This document shows, piece after piece, positions 48,235 through 57,207 of a DNA stretch of 64,000 bases; position 1 is the stretch's first letter, and each line of letters starts with the position of its first letter. A model generated the notes under the pieces. It was not told where the DNA came from, ran no database searches, and was given only the letters and a program-made list of their open reading frames with translations. The translations under genes and the position numbers were made by a program. Origin of the DNA: a virus; IMG/VR virus record IMGVR_UViG_3300032291_003441, positions 9,087-73,086 of that record; one strand, 5' to 3'.

Positions 48235-48499
48235 ATTGTTTTTTATATTTTTTTGCTTTTTCAGCAATATCTGCTAATTTGGCTTTGTCTATGATAATTA
48301 AAGAATCTAAAATCTTTCTAGTAGAATCTAAAGTAGAAATCATAGTATCTTTTTTACCAATTTCTAGCTGGAGGGAATCAATTGTTTTTTGGTATTGTTT
48401 ATCTTTATCAGATGAATAACCTTGTTTATAAGTAAATAACCCATAGATTAATACACCTAATAAACACGCTATAACCAATTGCAAAATAAATTTTTTCAT
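48158..48499 (-). CDS. Membrane-anchored coiled-coil protein (i-spanin-like)
   Basis: MKKFILQLVIACLLGVLIYGLF N-terminal TM followed by coiled coil; overlaps next gene by 77 nt. Confidence 0.5.
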   Translation of the reverse strand: MKKFILQLVIACLLGVLIYGLFTYKQGYSSDKDKQYQKTIDSLQLEIGKKDTMISTLDSTRKILDSLIIIDKAKLADIAEKAKKYKKQYEQEHNRINSMSDDDIISEFTAAFK

Positions 48500-48500
48500 A

Positions 48501-48956
48501 TTATCCAACCAAATCACCAGTATCAATTTTAACGTCTCTTTCTTTAAACGCTTTTACTAATTCTGGTTTTTTAATAAATTGTTTTAGGGCAGCCATCTTC
48601 TTATCCTTTTCAACTCCTTTTTCCATACCTTTTACTTTAGTAACTAAAGTTTTAAGTTTAGATTTAAAGTCTTCAAATTGGTCGTTAGGAATTTTAAATT
48701 TAGAAACGGTTTTAACTTTTTCCTTTTCTAATTCTGCTTTGGTAGGTTCTCTATCTTCGTCTTCTTCCTCTAAAGTAACACTCTCACCAGATTTTAAAGT
48801 ATTAATTGCTGATGGTTTATCTTTTATTTTGGAATAATTAGGATCTTTTTGCATATCGGCTACAGCTCCAGCTCCTACATAAGTTGCTTCATCTATGTCC
48901 GATAGAATTTCTACAATGTATTCTTTAATTTCTGCTTTTAACTCAGATTTTTTCAT
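48501..48956 (-). CDS. Putative internal head protein with MKKSELK..IKE leader
   Basis: MKKSELKAEIKEYIVEILSDIDE; late motif upstream. Confidence 0.6.
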   Translation of the reverse strand: MKKSELKAEIKEYIVEILSDIDEATYVGAGAVADMQKDPNYSKIKDKPSAINTLKSGESVTLEEEDEDREPTKAELEKEKVKTVSKFKIPNDQFEDFKSKLKTLVTKVKGMEKGVEKDKKMAALKQFIKKPELVKAFKERDVKIDTGDLVG

Positions 48957-48967
48957 GATTATAAATA

Positions 48968-49498
48968 TTAACCAAAAATTGTCTCTGTCATTTTTGCAAT
49001 ACGTTCCTCAGTTGTACCTGATAATTCAGTAAAATGTTTAATTTTATGATTACTCCTATATAATATTAATTTAATAATACTATCAATAGTTTCCCTATAT
49101 TTTAAATCAGTTTCTCTAACTCCATTATCTTCCATCTCTACACCTTCAGGTGATACATAAAACACATAATCATATTCACCTACTAACTTATAAGCAGCAT
49201 CACAAAATGCTTCAGCATCATAATAATCAATTGATTTAGCTGCTTTAGTAAACGCCATTACATCAATAACTGTACGATCTGTAATAATGTTTTCATTCAT
49301 TAATTCAGCACAACGTTCAGCTAAAAATACAAACTGACCTTTTAATGTAGAATCTGTATTCAATGGAATACCTAAATCACGTAAATACTTAGAACGCTCA
49401 GTAGCAAAATTATAACCTTCAAATTCAGGTAAATTCATTAAAGCATTTACTAATGTAGTTTTACCTACACTCATTGTTCCACATAAACCTATTTTCAT
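48968..49498 (-). CDS. P-loop nucleotide kinase (NadR/AAA_28-like)
   Basis: MKIGLCGTMSVGKTT, ITDRTVID, EDNGVRE. Confidence 0.75.
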   Translation of the reverse strand: MKIGLCGTMSVGKTTLVNALMNLPEFEGYNFATERSKYLRDLGIPLNTDSTLKGQFVFLAERCAELMNENIITDRTVIDVMAFTKAAKSIDYYDAEAFCDAAYKLVGEYDYVFYVSPEGVEMEDNGVRETDLKYRETIDSIIKLILYRSNHKIKHFTELSGTTEERIAKMTETIFG

Positions 49499-49502
49499 AT
49501 TA

Positions 49503-50063
49503 TTAATATTTATTTTTTCTTTGATTTTCTATTTTAGACAACGGTCTTGTATTCGTAAATATAAAACATTTCTTTTGTTCTTCCAAACTATCTAAATTAA
49601 AAGAAGCACAAGGAATTATATGATCTATATCCCAATAAGAACCATAATTATCCCAACTCATTTCTGGAGTGAATTGGTTTTCTAAGTATTGTTTATATTC
49701 GTTTAAAGAACATCCTAATAATTCCTCAGTTGAAGAATGTTTTAGATTTAATTTTAACGCTTTATTTATTCTTACTCTAGTATTATGTATTACCTTAAAA
49801 GATGGATTTGTTTGTAAATATTTTTTATAATTTTCTTGAAATACATTTTTATTTTTACTATAATAGTTTTTATTATATTCACTAATAGTTTCTCTATTAT
49901 TTATGTTTTCAATATGTCTTTTGTCTTTTCGTTTTAAAGTAGATTTAGTTACTACTTGTCTATTACAAGGAAAACAATAAGACTTATGTCCATCTTTTTT
50001 AGAACAATCTTTTGGAAATTGATTTAAATCATAGTTTATATTACATTTAGCACATTTTTTCAT
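49503..50063 (-). mobile_element. HNH-type homing endonuclease (paralog of 36938..37519)
   Basis: CAKC...CFPC; LLGCS, MSWDNYGSYWDIDHIIP...CFIFTNTRPL...N..K. Confidence 0.8.
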
Positions 50064-50115
50064 CCATTATACATATTAGGACTTCCTTGAAAAATTAAGG
50101 GAAATCCTTTTTCTT

Positions 50116-50364
50116 TTAATGTCTGTTTTGACCTGCTTGACCTAAATTGGTTTTAAACCAAGGCAAACCCTCACGATTGCGTCTTGCTTCTTTCCAACCA
50201 TCTTCTGTATATGGAATACCATGAAGATGATATTCACGTTTACGATTATCACCTTGTGGAATGTATGCTGGACCTTCCCAATTGTGTAGTTTATTTTCCC
50301 AAACATAGGCAATAGTGCCATCCTCTTTGGTTAGTTTTCTACTTGGTTCATATTTAGTTTTCAT
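50116..50364 (-). CDS. Hypothetical protein
   Basis: KLHNWEGPA..P...REYHLHG motif; has its own promoter. Confidence 0.65.
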   Translation of the reverse strand: MKTKYEPSRKLTKEDGTIAYVWENKLHNWEGPAYIPQGDNRKREYHLHGIPYTEDGWKEARRNREGLPWFKTNLGQAGQNRH

Positions 50365-50371
50365 AATCTAT

Positions 50372-50401
50372 AATATAATATTCTTTTTTTAATTTTCCAA
50401 A
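50372..50401 (-). promoter_or_regulatory. Promoter TTTG-N20-TATATT
   Basis: Upstream of 50116..50364. Confidence 0.7.
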
Positions 50402-51754
50402 TTATCCCCAATAAGTCATATCCCCATGGATATTGTCCCACTTGTCTGTTGTTATAAATTTTTCAACAGATAAAATACCTTGTGCTCCTGAAACTGTAAT
50501 ACCACGAGCTGATAAAGCATCTCCTACAAAGTGAACATTTGGATAATCAACTAAAGCTAAATCACTTGGATAAACTAATGGTTCGGGTGACAAATATTTT
50601 ACCTCAGGAACATAAACACCCCAATCATCTTGAAGTGTTAGGAATACTTTTTTCATATCCTCAATAAAATCCTCTATGTAATTCCAATACTCACCCATTC
50701 CCTGTCTTACAATATCTAAACTATCAATTTGGATTGAGCTAACTTTTTCACCTTCTGATGTTGATGATGGTTTACGAGATGGACTATAATACAAACCTGT
50801 TCCATCAAATTGTAATTCATTTACTACTTTACGAGACCAAGCAAATGGATCTTCAATATCTTTAATTTCCATAATAATACCAAAATTAGTCATTCCGTTT
50901 AGGTATTTAGGATCTTTTTTAGCATGTCCATTGTAAGTAACATCACCATATGTTTCTTCTACAGCTACATAAGCGGCATTATTATTTGTACAAAATGAAC
51001 GTAATGAAACGCCTGTATCAAATTTACGGTACAATTTAAAATCGTAACTAATATCAATTAATTTTTGAAAGTGATGTTGTGGTGCTTCAAATCTAACTCC
51101 AATTTGTACTGATTTAGGTTCATCTGGTAGGTTATATTCTTGGGCTAATTCTTGGGCAAAATCAATTCCGGATTTACCTACGGCAAATATGAGTTCATCA
51201 TATTTTATCATTTTTAGTTTACCTAATTTAACTGGTAAAGGAGAATAACCTAGTGAATTTTGTTTAAAATTGATATCGGTTACTTTAGTTTCCCACATAA
51301 AGATTACACCTTTAGATACTAAATAATCATACCAATTTTTAGCAATCTCAGATAAATAATCTGTACCTACGTGCCAAACAGGAAATAAACGTAAACCGAA
51401 ATATGGTTTAATAAATTCTGGTTCTTCAACTGGATTTGAACATTGTACTTCCTCTGGTTTGGGGTGAAAACGTTTAAAGTTGTTAATAACTTCATCCATT
51501 AATTTCATTGCCTTTTCCTCACCTGTATATTTAGACAATTGACCTCCGATTGCTGTATGATAAGTTAATTTACCATCAGACCAACCTCCAGCACCTAGAA
51601 AACCTGTCATTACTTCTTCTGGTTTTCTGTTGTAAGGGTCTTTACCCATATCAATAATGGTGATTAAACTACCATCATAACCATTGTCTACTAATTTAGT
51701 GGCAGCATTTACACCTGCTACTCCTGATCCTACAATTATAATTTTCTTTGCCAT
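50402..51754 (-). CDS. FAD-dependent oxidoreductase (uncharacterised FAD dehydrogenase family)
   Basis: IVGSGVAG Rossmann motif, GFLGAGGWSDGKL, HVGTD, RSFCTN, PEVKY, FVGD..RGI. Confidence 0.85.
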   Translation of the reverse strand: MAKKIIIVGSGVAGVNAATKLVDNGYDGSLITIIDMGKDPYNRKPEEVMTGFLGAGGWSDGKLTYHTAIGGQLSKYTGEEKAMKLMDEVINNFKRFHPKPEEVQCSNPVEEPEFIKPYFGLRLFPVWHVGTDYLSEIAKNWYDYLVSKGVIFMWETKVTDINFKQNSLGYSPLPVKLGKLKMIKYDELIFAVGKSGIDFAQELAQEYNLPDEPKSVQIGVRFEAPQHHFQKLIDISYDFKLYRKFDTGVSLRSFCTNNNAAYVAVEETYGDVTYNGHAKKDPKYLNGMTNFGIIMEIKDIEDPFAWSRKVVNELQFDGTGLYYSPSRKPSSTSEGEKVSSIQIDSLDIVRQGMGEYWNYIEDFIEDMKKVFLTLQDDWGVYVPEVKYLSPEPLVYPSDLALVDYPNVHFVGDALSARGITVSGAQGILSVEKFITTDKWDNIHGDMTYWG

Positions 51755-51768
51755 ATGTTTAATGCGTT

Positions 51769-51798
51769 AATATAATAAAAAAAGCTGTAACCCCCAAA
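51769..51798 (-). promoter_or_regulatory. Promoter TTTG-N20-TATATT inside a terminator hairpin
   Basis: Upstream of FAD oxidoreductase. Confidence 0.65.
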
Positions 51799-51813
51799 TT
51801 GGAGGCCACAGCT
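51777..51813 (-). terminator. Intrinsic terminator overlapping a promoter
   Basis: Minus strand AGCTGTGGCCTCC-AATTT-GGGGGTTACAGCT (13-bp stem with G-U pairs) followed by T-run. Confidence 0.75.
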
Positions 51814-51866
51814 CTCGTGAAATTTTCATGCGACGGGCTATGAATCCGTCTATAAATTTATTCCTA

Positions 51867-52598
51867 TTAAGTTTTATAAACTAAAGGAACAATATTATTA
51901 TATGATATGTTGTCAAAAGGAGTTCCAGCACCCGCAACTACCATTGCTCCTTTTACTTTTGGATTAATTGATGCTTGTAGAGCAATACTTTTTGGAGTAT
52001 ATCCTAAAATTGAGGCTACAATTTTTGCTTTATCGCCTGGTGTTCCAACTGGATCTAGGTTATATGGAGCTAAATTCCATCCTCCAGCTACAGTTAATGC
52101 TACCCAATTAGCTTGAGTTGTTATTGGATCTGTAGTACTACCGTGGGTTTGAATTCTCCAAGCATTATTATATAAATCATCCTCATCAGCAAAAGCATAT
52201 TGTACTACATATTGTTGAGTAGGCCCTACAGCACTTTCTAATGAAGGTGTAATAACATAATATTGACCTGTTGGGGGGATTTGAATTTCTGTAAACAAGT
52301 TTGGATTTAATCCTGCTGTGTTTAAAGCAGCATAATCTAATGTAAAATTGGTACCTGTTAAAAAATATAATTTACCCCTTACAGTTGATGCTGGAAATGG
52401 AGTATACATTTGTAGGGGTTTAGAAGCAGTATTTGCTCCACTTCCTGAATCTAAAGTATAATTAACATTTGGGGTTACTGGTGGAAATGATCCTAAATAA
52501 CCATAACCATAGTTATTAGCTACAGTTTTAGCATCCCAAAACGTATCAAAAGATGATGTTAAGGATTGCCCTACTCCGGTTATAAAAATAGATGCCAT
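51867..52598 (-). CDS. Hypothetical protein, possibly virion structural
   Basis: 243-aa ORF, no recognised motif. Confidence 0.6.
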   Translation of the reverse strand: MASIFITGVGQSLTSSFDTFWDAKTVANNYGYGYLGSFPPVTPNVNYTLDSGSGANTASKPLQMYTPFPASTVRGKLYFLTGTNFTLDYAALNTAGLNPNLFTEIQIPPTGQYYVITPSLESAVGPTQQYVVQYAFADEDDLYNNAWRIQTHGSTTDPITTQANWVALTVAGGWNLAPYNLDPVGTPGDKAKIVASILGYTPKSIALQASINPKVKGAMVVAGAGTPFDNISYNNIVPLVYKT

Positions 52599-52638
52599 CA
52601 GTTTTTATTTATATTATATTCGTAGTTGTTATGGGAAA

Positions 52639-53259
52639 TTATTTAAATAAATCAGAAATAAATGTTTTTACTTCTCCCCCCTTAATAGCACTTAAAGCAC
52701 CTTCTAAAGTAGCTAAAGATACGTTTTTAGCTTGAAGAGCTTTTACTGCTGTTGCTCCGGATGCTATTAAGAATGAAGCTACAATTACGTGAAAAATTCC
52801 ATTTGATACTTGTTTAGCTTTAGCAGGATCTTTAACAAATTTCTTAACAATAGCTTCTAAAGGAGCCATGTATAAATGGTGTAATTCATCTGCAATATGA
52901 GATAATTTATTCATCCATTGGTTATAAGCATCTTCATCTGTTGGTTTTTTACCTAATGCTTTGTTAACCATAGTACCTGCTGCTTTACCAAATTTAGCAA
53001 CTAACCCCATAATAGCAGGTAATGCAATAGCAATACTAGCTACTGTTAATAAACCTTCATTGGTGGATTGTGTAGCTTTAGCTAATTCAGCATCCATAGT
53101 TTTTAATATAGAAGACATTTCGTCTTTTACATCATCAACTACTGCTTGTTCCTTATCATCTAAATCGATATCAACTTCTGCTAGTTTTTCTTTATATTGG
53201 CTTTCGCTAATGATACCAGCAAGTTTTTGTAATCGTAATGTTTCTTCTGTTATAATCAT
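52639..53259 (-). CDS. Putative head-packaged membrane protein
   Basis: N-terminal RLQKLAGIISE; two hydrophobic helices (LLTVASIAIALPAIMGLV; IFHVIVASFLIASGA). Confidence 0.55.
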   Translation of the reverse strand: MIITEETLRLQKLAGIISESQYKEKLAEVDIDLDDKEQAVVDDVKDEMSSILKTMDAELAKATQSTNEGLLTVASIAIALPAIMGLVAKFGKAAGTMVNKALGKKPTDEDAYNQWMNKLSHIADELHHLYMAPLEAIVKKFVKDPAKAKQVSNGIFHVIVASFLIASGATAVKALQAKNVSLATLEGALSAIKGGEVKTFISDLFK

Positions 53260-53285
53260 GATTTTGTTATAAATATATTATTTAT

Positions 53286-53699
53286 TTAATCAGTTAAAGG
53301 ACCACCAACAACCCAAGCATCACAAGTTCTAGCGGCAGCACATTTAAACTTTAAGAACCTACAATAACCTAAATGACCGGCTTCAATAACATCGAAAGGA
53401 TCTTCAGAACCTTCATCGTCACCTATTCCTTTTGCAATACAGTCAAGAGTCTTTTTTGTTATATCAAATGCTGCACAATTACCGCAAAGTGATTTTTTAG
53501 CTTCTTCTGCAGAATCAAGCTTCCACATATCAACTTTAGCCTGCCAAAACTTTTCGTTAGGTTCATTGGGATTTAATGGACCGTATCCATACTCATTAAT
53601 TGCCTTCTGTCTGTTCTGAAGGTTTAATTCAATGTTTTGAGTAGGGGCAGGACATTTTGCTACCTCTGCTTCACTTAATATATCTAATAAATTTATCAT
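53286..53699 (-). CDS. Cys-rich hypothetical protein
   Basis: Likely start MINLLDILSE at 53699; CGNCAAF...GYC...FKCAAARTCDAW. Confidence 0.6.
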   Translation of the reverse strand: MINLLDILSEAEVAKCPAPTQNIELNLQNRQKAINEYGYGPLNPNEPNEKFWQAKVDMWKLDSAEEAKKSLCGNCAAFDITKKTLDCIAKGIGDDEGSEDPFDVIEAGHLGYCRFLKFKCAAARTCDAWVVGGPLTD

Positions 53700-53700
53700 G

Positions 53701-54318
53701 TTACCAAGCTTTACAAGACCAATAATTTGCTTTCCAACGTGGTCCAGGATTTTTACAATTATGTCTAGCTCTGTAAGCGGCACGTGCTTTAGGGTTTTTG
53801 GCTTTAATTACCATTCGCTTACCTTTTGCTGATTTACCACCAAATCCAAAATTAACTTTTACAACTTTACCTTTAGCGTTTTTAACATATACTTTAAACT
53901 TTTTAATGTCACCTTGCATTGGTTTACCTAATTGAACTTTACGTCCTTGGTATTCGGCCTCGTTTAGTATATCTTCATCAGGCATAGGCATATCTAAAGG
54001 AACTAATTGACCTTCAAATATTCCATATTCACCTAAATCTGTTTCGGTAATTTTTTCTTTATCAATACCTTCAACGTTTAAAGCACCACGAGAATACAAA
54101 TATCTTGCTTCAACCCATAAGTCTAAATATTCTTTAGAACCATATGGTAATGTTGTTTCATATAGTGGTTTTTTATTGTCTATATGGTATTGCATGTTTT
54201 CAGTCATCAAAACACGCGACTGAAGATTTTCGTTTAATATAGGTGCTTTAGTAGGTTTTGTTGCTGTGCAACAATCCTTATTTTCCAATACTTCCCTAAT
54301 TAATTTTTTTAAATCCAT
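53701..54318 (-). CDS. Hypothetical modular protein with basic C-terminal domain
   Basis: MDLKKLIREVLE leader; ILNE sites; KKFKVYV...VNFG...RARHNC...YWSCKAW domain. Confidence 0.65.
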   Translation of the reverse strand: MDLKKLIREVLENKDCCTATKPTKAPILNENLQSRVLMTENMQYHIDNKKPLYETTLPYGSKEYLDLWVEARYLYSRGALNVEGIDKEKITETDLGEYGIFEGQLVPLDMPMPDEDILNEAEYQGRKVQLGKPMQGDIKKFKVYVKNAKGKVVKVNFGFGGKSAKGKRMVIKAKNPKARAAYRARHNCKNPGPRWKANYWSCKAW

Positions 54319-54329
54319 GGTTATAAATA

Positions 54330-55445
54330 TTAAGCTACTGCTTGATCGTATGTTAATTCGGCTTGAGCACCTTTTATATTACCATCTTTATATCCATGAC
54401 TTTTGTTATACACAATAGGTCTTAAACCTTTACTTGCTGTACGAGTAACATCATGTCTTAATACTAAGATAGGTTCGTATTCGGTACCTTCAACATCAGA
54501 TAAATCTGTAAATATAACTCCTGATTTAATAGTTAATGTTGAACCGGAAAATGAAAAATCGTTTGGTGAAAATGTTTGTTTAATAACTACAGTTTTTGGT
54601 TTATCTGTACCAAAAACAATTGATTCATTTTCGTTGTTTGGAAGATCAGTAATTATAATTCCACTTAAATCAGTATCTGTTTTAGGATTATATAAACGAT
54701 AAATTCCTTCTTTTTCGGTTTTTCTTAAACCGATTGTAGGAAAAGGATTACTAATTAATTTTTGAGATAATTTATTAACTAAATCTTTATACCTTTTATC
54801 AGCACTTTCCCACATAACAGCATTTGATTTTTTAAGAGAAATATTAGCTATAACATTTCCTTCCTCACCTAATAATTGAACATCTGCTTTTTTACCTCCA
54901 GCAGTATCTGTTCCAACAGATTTAGCTGAAGCTACATTGGCATAAGTTAATGTTTTATTTTGACCTTTAAAAGTAATACTGATAGGACCTTCTGAAGTAT
55001 ATTGATTAATACCATCAACTAAAGCTTGTTCATTATCTAAACCTGCTGCTAAACCACCTTGTCTTTCTTTTGGTTTAACAATAATTGCTGTACCATCATC
55101 TGCTATAACAGCACCTAAAGACGAACCTTTAAAATTAGGATTATAAGTATAACCTAAATCGGCTACCAATTTATCCATAGTGGATTTACGTTCATTACCT
55201 TTAGTTAATAAACGAATCTGTTTACTGCTTTTAATAATAATATCTTCAGGAGCATAACCAGCATCCATAAGTTCATTTTTAATATCAGAGGCAGCCTCAT
55301 TTACTAATATAACCTCGTACGTAGGTACACCATGTTGTTCTAATAATACTTGTAATAATGCTACATCTTGTGCATTATTTATATCACAATATCCTTTTGG
55401 AAATTTATAACCAACTTTTTTTAAAAATAAATCTAATTCTTTCAT
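54330..55445 (-). CDS. Putative PD-(D/E)XK nuclease-like protein
   Basis: E..L, KKADVQL...NISLKK catalytic-like pattern after an N-terminal leader ending ILVNE. Confidence 0.5.
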   Translation of the reverse strand: MKELDLFLKKVGYKFPKGYCDINNAQDVALLQVLLEQHGVPTYEVILVNEAASDIKNELMDAGYAPEDIIIKSSKQIRLLTKGNERKSTMDKLVADLGYTYNPNFKGSSLGAVIADDGTAIIVKPKERQGGLAAGLDNEQALVDGINQYTSEGPISITFKGQNKTLTYANVASAKSVGTDTAGGKKADVQLLGEEGNVIANISLKKSNAVMWESADKRYKDLVNKLSQKLISNPFPTIGLRKTEKEGIYRLYNPKTDTDLSGIIITDLPNNENESIVFGTDKPKTVVIKQTFSPNDFSFSGSTLTIKSGVIFTDLSDVEGTEYEPILVLRHDVTRTASKGLRPIVYNKSHGYKDGNIKGAQAELTYDQAVA

Positions 55446-55447
55446 AA

Positions 55448-55900
55448 TTAAGCTGCTGGTGTTTCTTCAGGAGTTTCTGCTGGTGTTTCTTCTGGTGTTT
55501 CTGTTCCACCTGGTTTTTCTTCTGTTACACCATAAGCTAACATTCTAGCTATTGCTTGTGCTGCTTGTTCTTCCTCGCTTAAGTTCAATAAGTAATATTT
55601 TTTACCTTCTACTTGAGCAATCCAACTTCTTGGAGTGTAAGTTAATAAAAATGGTTCACCATTGCCCAAAACAATTCTAAATGTTGTTGGACGAGGAGCA
55701 ACCCATTGTATATCTGTTACAAAGATTTCATATTGGTCTGTTAACAAATCAATAATAATATCTTTAAGTTCTGGGAATTTAGCTAAAACAGGAAATTTAG
55801 GAGCATCTAAGGTAATTTCTTCCTTACCAGTTAAGGTTTCTGGATTGTAAATGTTGTTCACAATCGATTTGATTTTCTCCTTTAATTCGTCTTTAGTCAT
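55448..55900 (-). CDS. Hypothetical protein
   Basis: MTKDELKEKIK leader; ETPE/ETPA C-terminal repeats. Confidence 0.6.
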   Translation of the reverse strand: MTKDELKEKIKSIVNNIYNPETLTGKEEITLDAPKFPVLAKFPELKDIIIDLLTDQYEIFVTDIQWVAPRPTTFRIVLGNGEPFLLTYTPRSWIAQVEGKKYYLLNLSEEEQAAQAIARMLAYGVTEEKPGGTETPEETPAETPEETPAA

Positions 55901-57036
55901 TATTTAGACTTTAGTTGTTTTGCTATTTTTTCTGATAGGTAAGGTTTTGCTATTTTTTCAGCAGCACTCATATTACCTTTATTTAAAGCTATTCTAGCTT
56001 GTTTAAGGTTGTGTTGGTCTGAAGCATCTTTATTAGCCATGTCCTTAAGTGCTTTCATAATTTTACCTGCTAAAATTTCATCTTTTCCAATTTCAGCTTC
56101 CATCATTGGAGGTTCAGGTTCGCCCATATGAGGTGCTTCACCTGTTGCAGCATCTACAGCGGCATCAATGTATGGTTCTTTTAATTCAAAATCAAGATAA
56201 TGTTTAGCACCTGACATCATATTTTTAGCTGTAGTAATTTTTGATTGCCACCAAGCTGGAAAATCAATTTCCTCACCTGTTTCTTCTAGTTCTTCTAATG
56301 TAGCATATAATTTCATAGCGTATTTACCAATTTGGTATAATTCACCTTTAATCATATGTGGTTCGTCATCTTCGTGACCTAAGTCAATATCTTCAGAAAC
56401 TATTGATTGATAAGGAATAGATCCTCCTGATTTTAATTTAATGTATATTCCATCAATTCCTACTATTTCATCTTCTACTTTACCTTTAGGAGAACTCCAT
56501 TTAATTTTATCTCCTACTTTATATTTAGGCATATCTTCTTTAACTTCACCTTTTGCTTTTTTAATAGCGGCATCACGTTTTAAAAGATAATCTTTAGAAT
56601 CAATATCACCATCTTTATCCATATCCTCTTTTTTACCTTCTTTAATATCAAACTGTTTATAGTCTTCATATGCTTGTTGTAAATGAGCTATAGCATCTTC
56701 TCTAGACATGCTGAAGGCATCCATTGTATCTTGAATTTCTTCTTCAGTAAATTCTTTATTCTCGTTCATTAACGAGTTTCTAACGAGTTCTTTTAATTTT
56801 TGTTTATCCATTTCTGATACGGCTTTTTTAGCTAAGTTTGTTGCTCTACCATACATAACCGATTCGGCATCCTTACCGTATCGTTTTACTAATTCTTTTT
56901 TATTCTTTTTTAAATTCTTAAGATAATCTTCCCTCTTGTCTAATTGAGCTTTGGTTAGATTAGCTTCGGTAATAGGGGAGTTCCCGTCTTTCGACAGGAA
57001 CTCTCTTATTGCGTTTTGTAAATCTTTTTTGTTCAT
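55900..57036 (-). CDS. Modular putative internal head protein
   Basis: MNKKDLQNAIRE leader; modules separated by ITE, VSE, MNE, IKE, VKE, VSE. Confidence 0.6.
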   Translation of the reverse strand: MNKKDLQNAIREFLSKDGNSPITEANLTKAQLDKREDYLKNLKKNKKELVKRYGKDAESVMYGRATNLAKKAVSEMDKQKLKELVRNSLMNENKEFTEEEIQDTMDAFSMSREDAIAHLQQAYEDYKQFDIKEGKKEDMDKDGDIDSKDYLLKRDAAIKKAKGEVKEDMPKYKVGDKIKWSSPKGKVEDEIVGIDGIYIKLKSGGSIPYQSIVSEDIDLGHEDDEPHMIKGELYQIGKYAMKLYATLEELEETGEEIDFPAWWQSKITTAKNMMSGAKHYLDFELKEPYIDAAVDAATGEAPHMGEPEPPMMEAEIGKDEILAGKIMKALKDMANKDASDQHNLKQARIALNKGNMSAAEKIAKPYLSEKIAKQLKSK

Positions 57037-57207
57037 TTACTTTTTGTCCTCATCGATAGAAGCTTTACGGTATTCAGTAACCAATTTCTTGATTTCACCT
57101 AATGCTTTACGAGCGCGACCATGAGCTGCTTTAGAAATCTTAGCATGTTCTGCTTTGAATTCTTCAAACAATAACTCCATTTTTTCTACTAATTCTTGTG
57201 TGTTCAT
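57037..57207 (-). CDS. Histone H1-like (Hc1 family) DNA-binding protein, 56 aa
   Basis: Not in the ORF track. MNTQELVEKMELLFEEFKAEHAKISKAAHGRARKALGEIKKLVTEYRKASIDEDKK; the KAA..RARKA..E..K...EYRKAS pattern matches Bacteroidota Hc1-like proteins. Confidence 0.75.
   Translation of the reverse strand: MNTQELVEKMELLFEEFKAEHAKISKAAHGRARKALGEIKKLVTEYRKASIDEDKK

Noticed and set aside
5803-54330. TATAAATA on the plus strand read as genuine T4 late promoters for plus-strand transcripts
   Set aside because: No plus-strand genes follow; position correlates with minus-strand start codons
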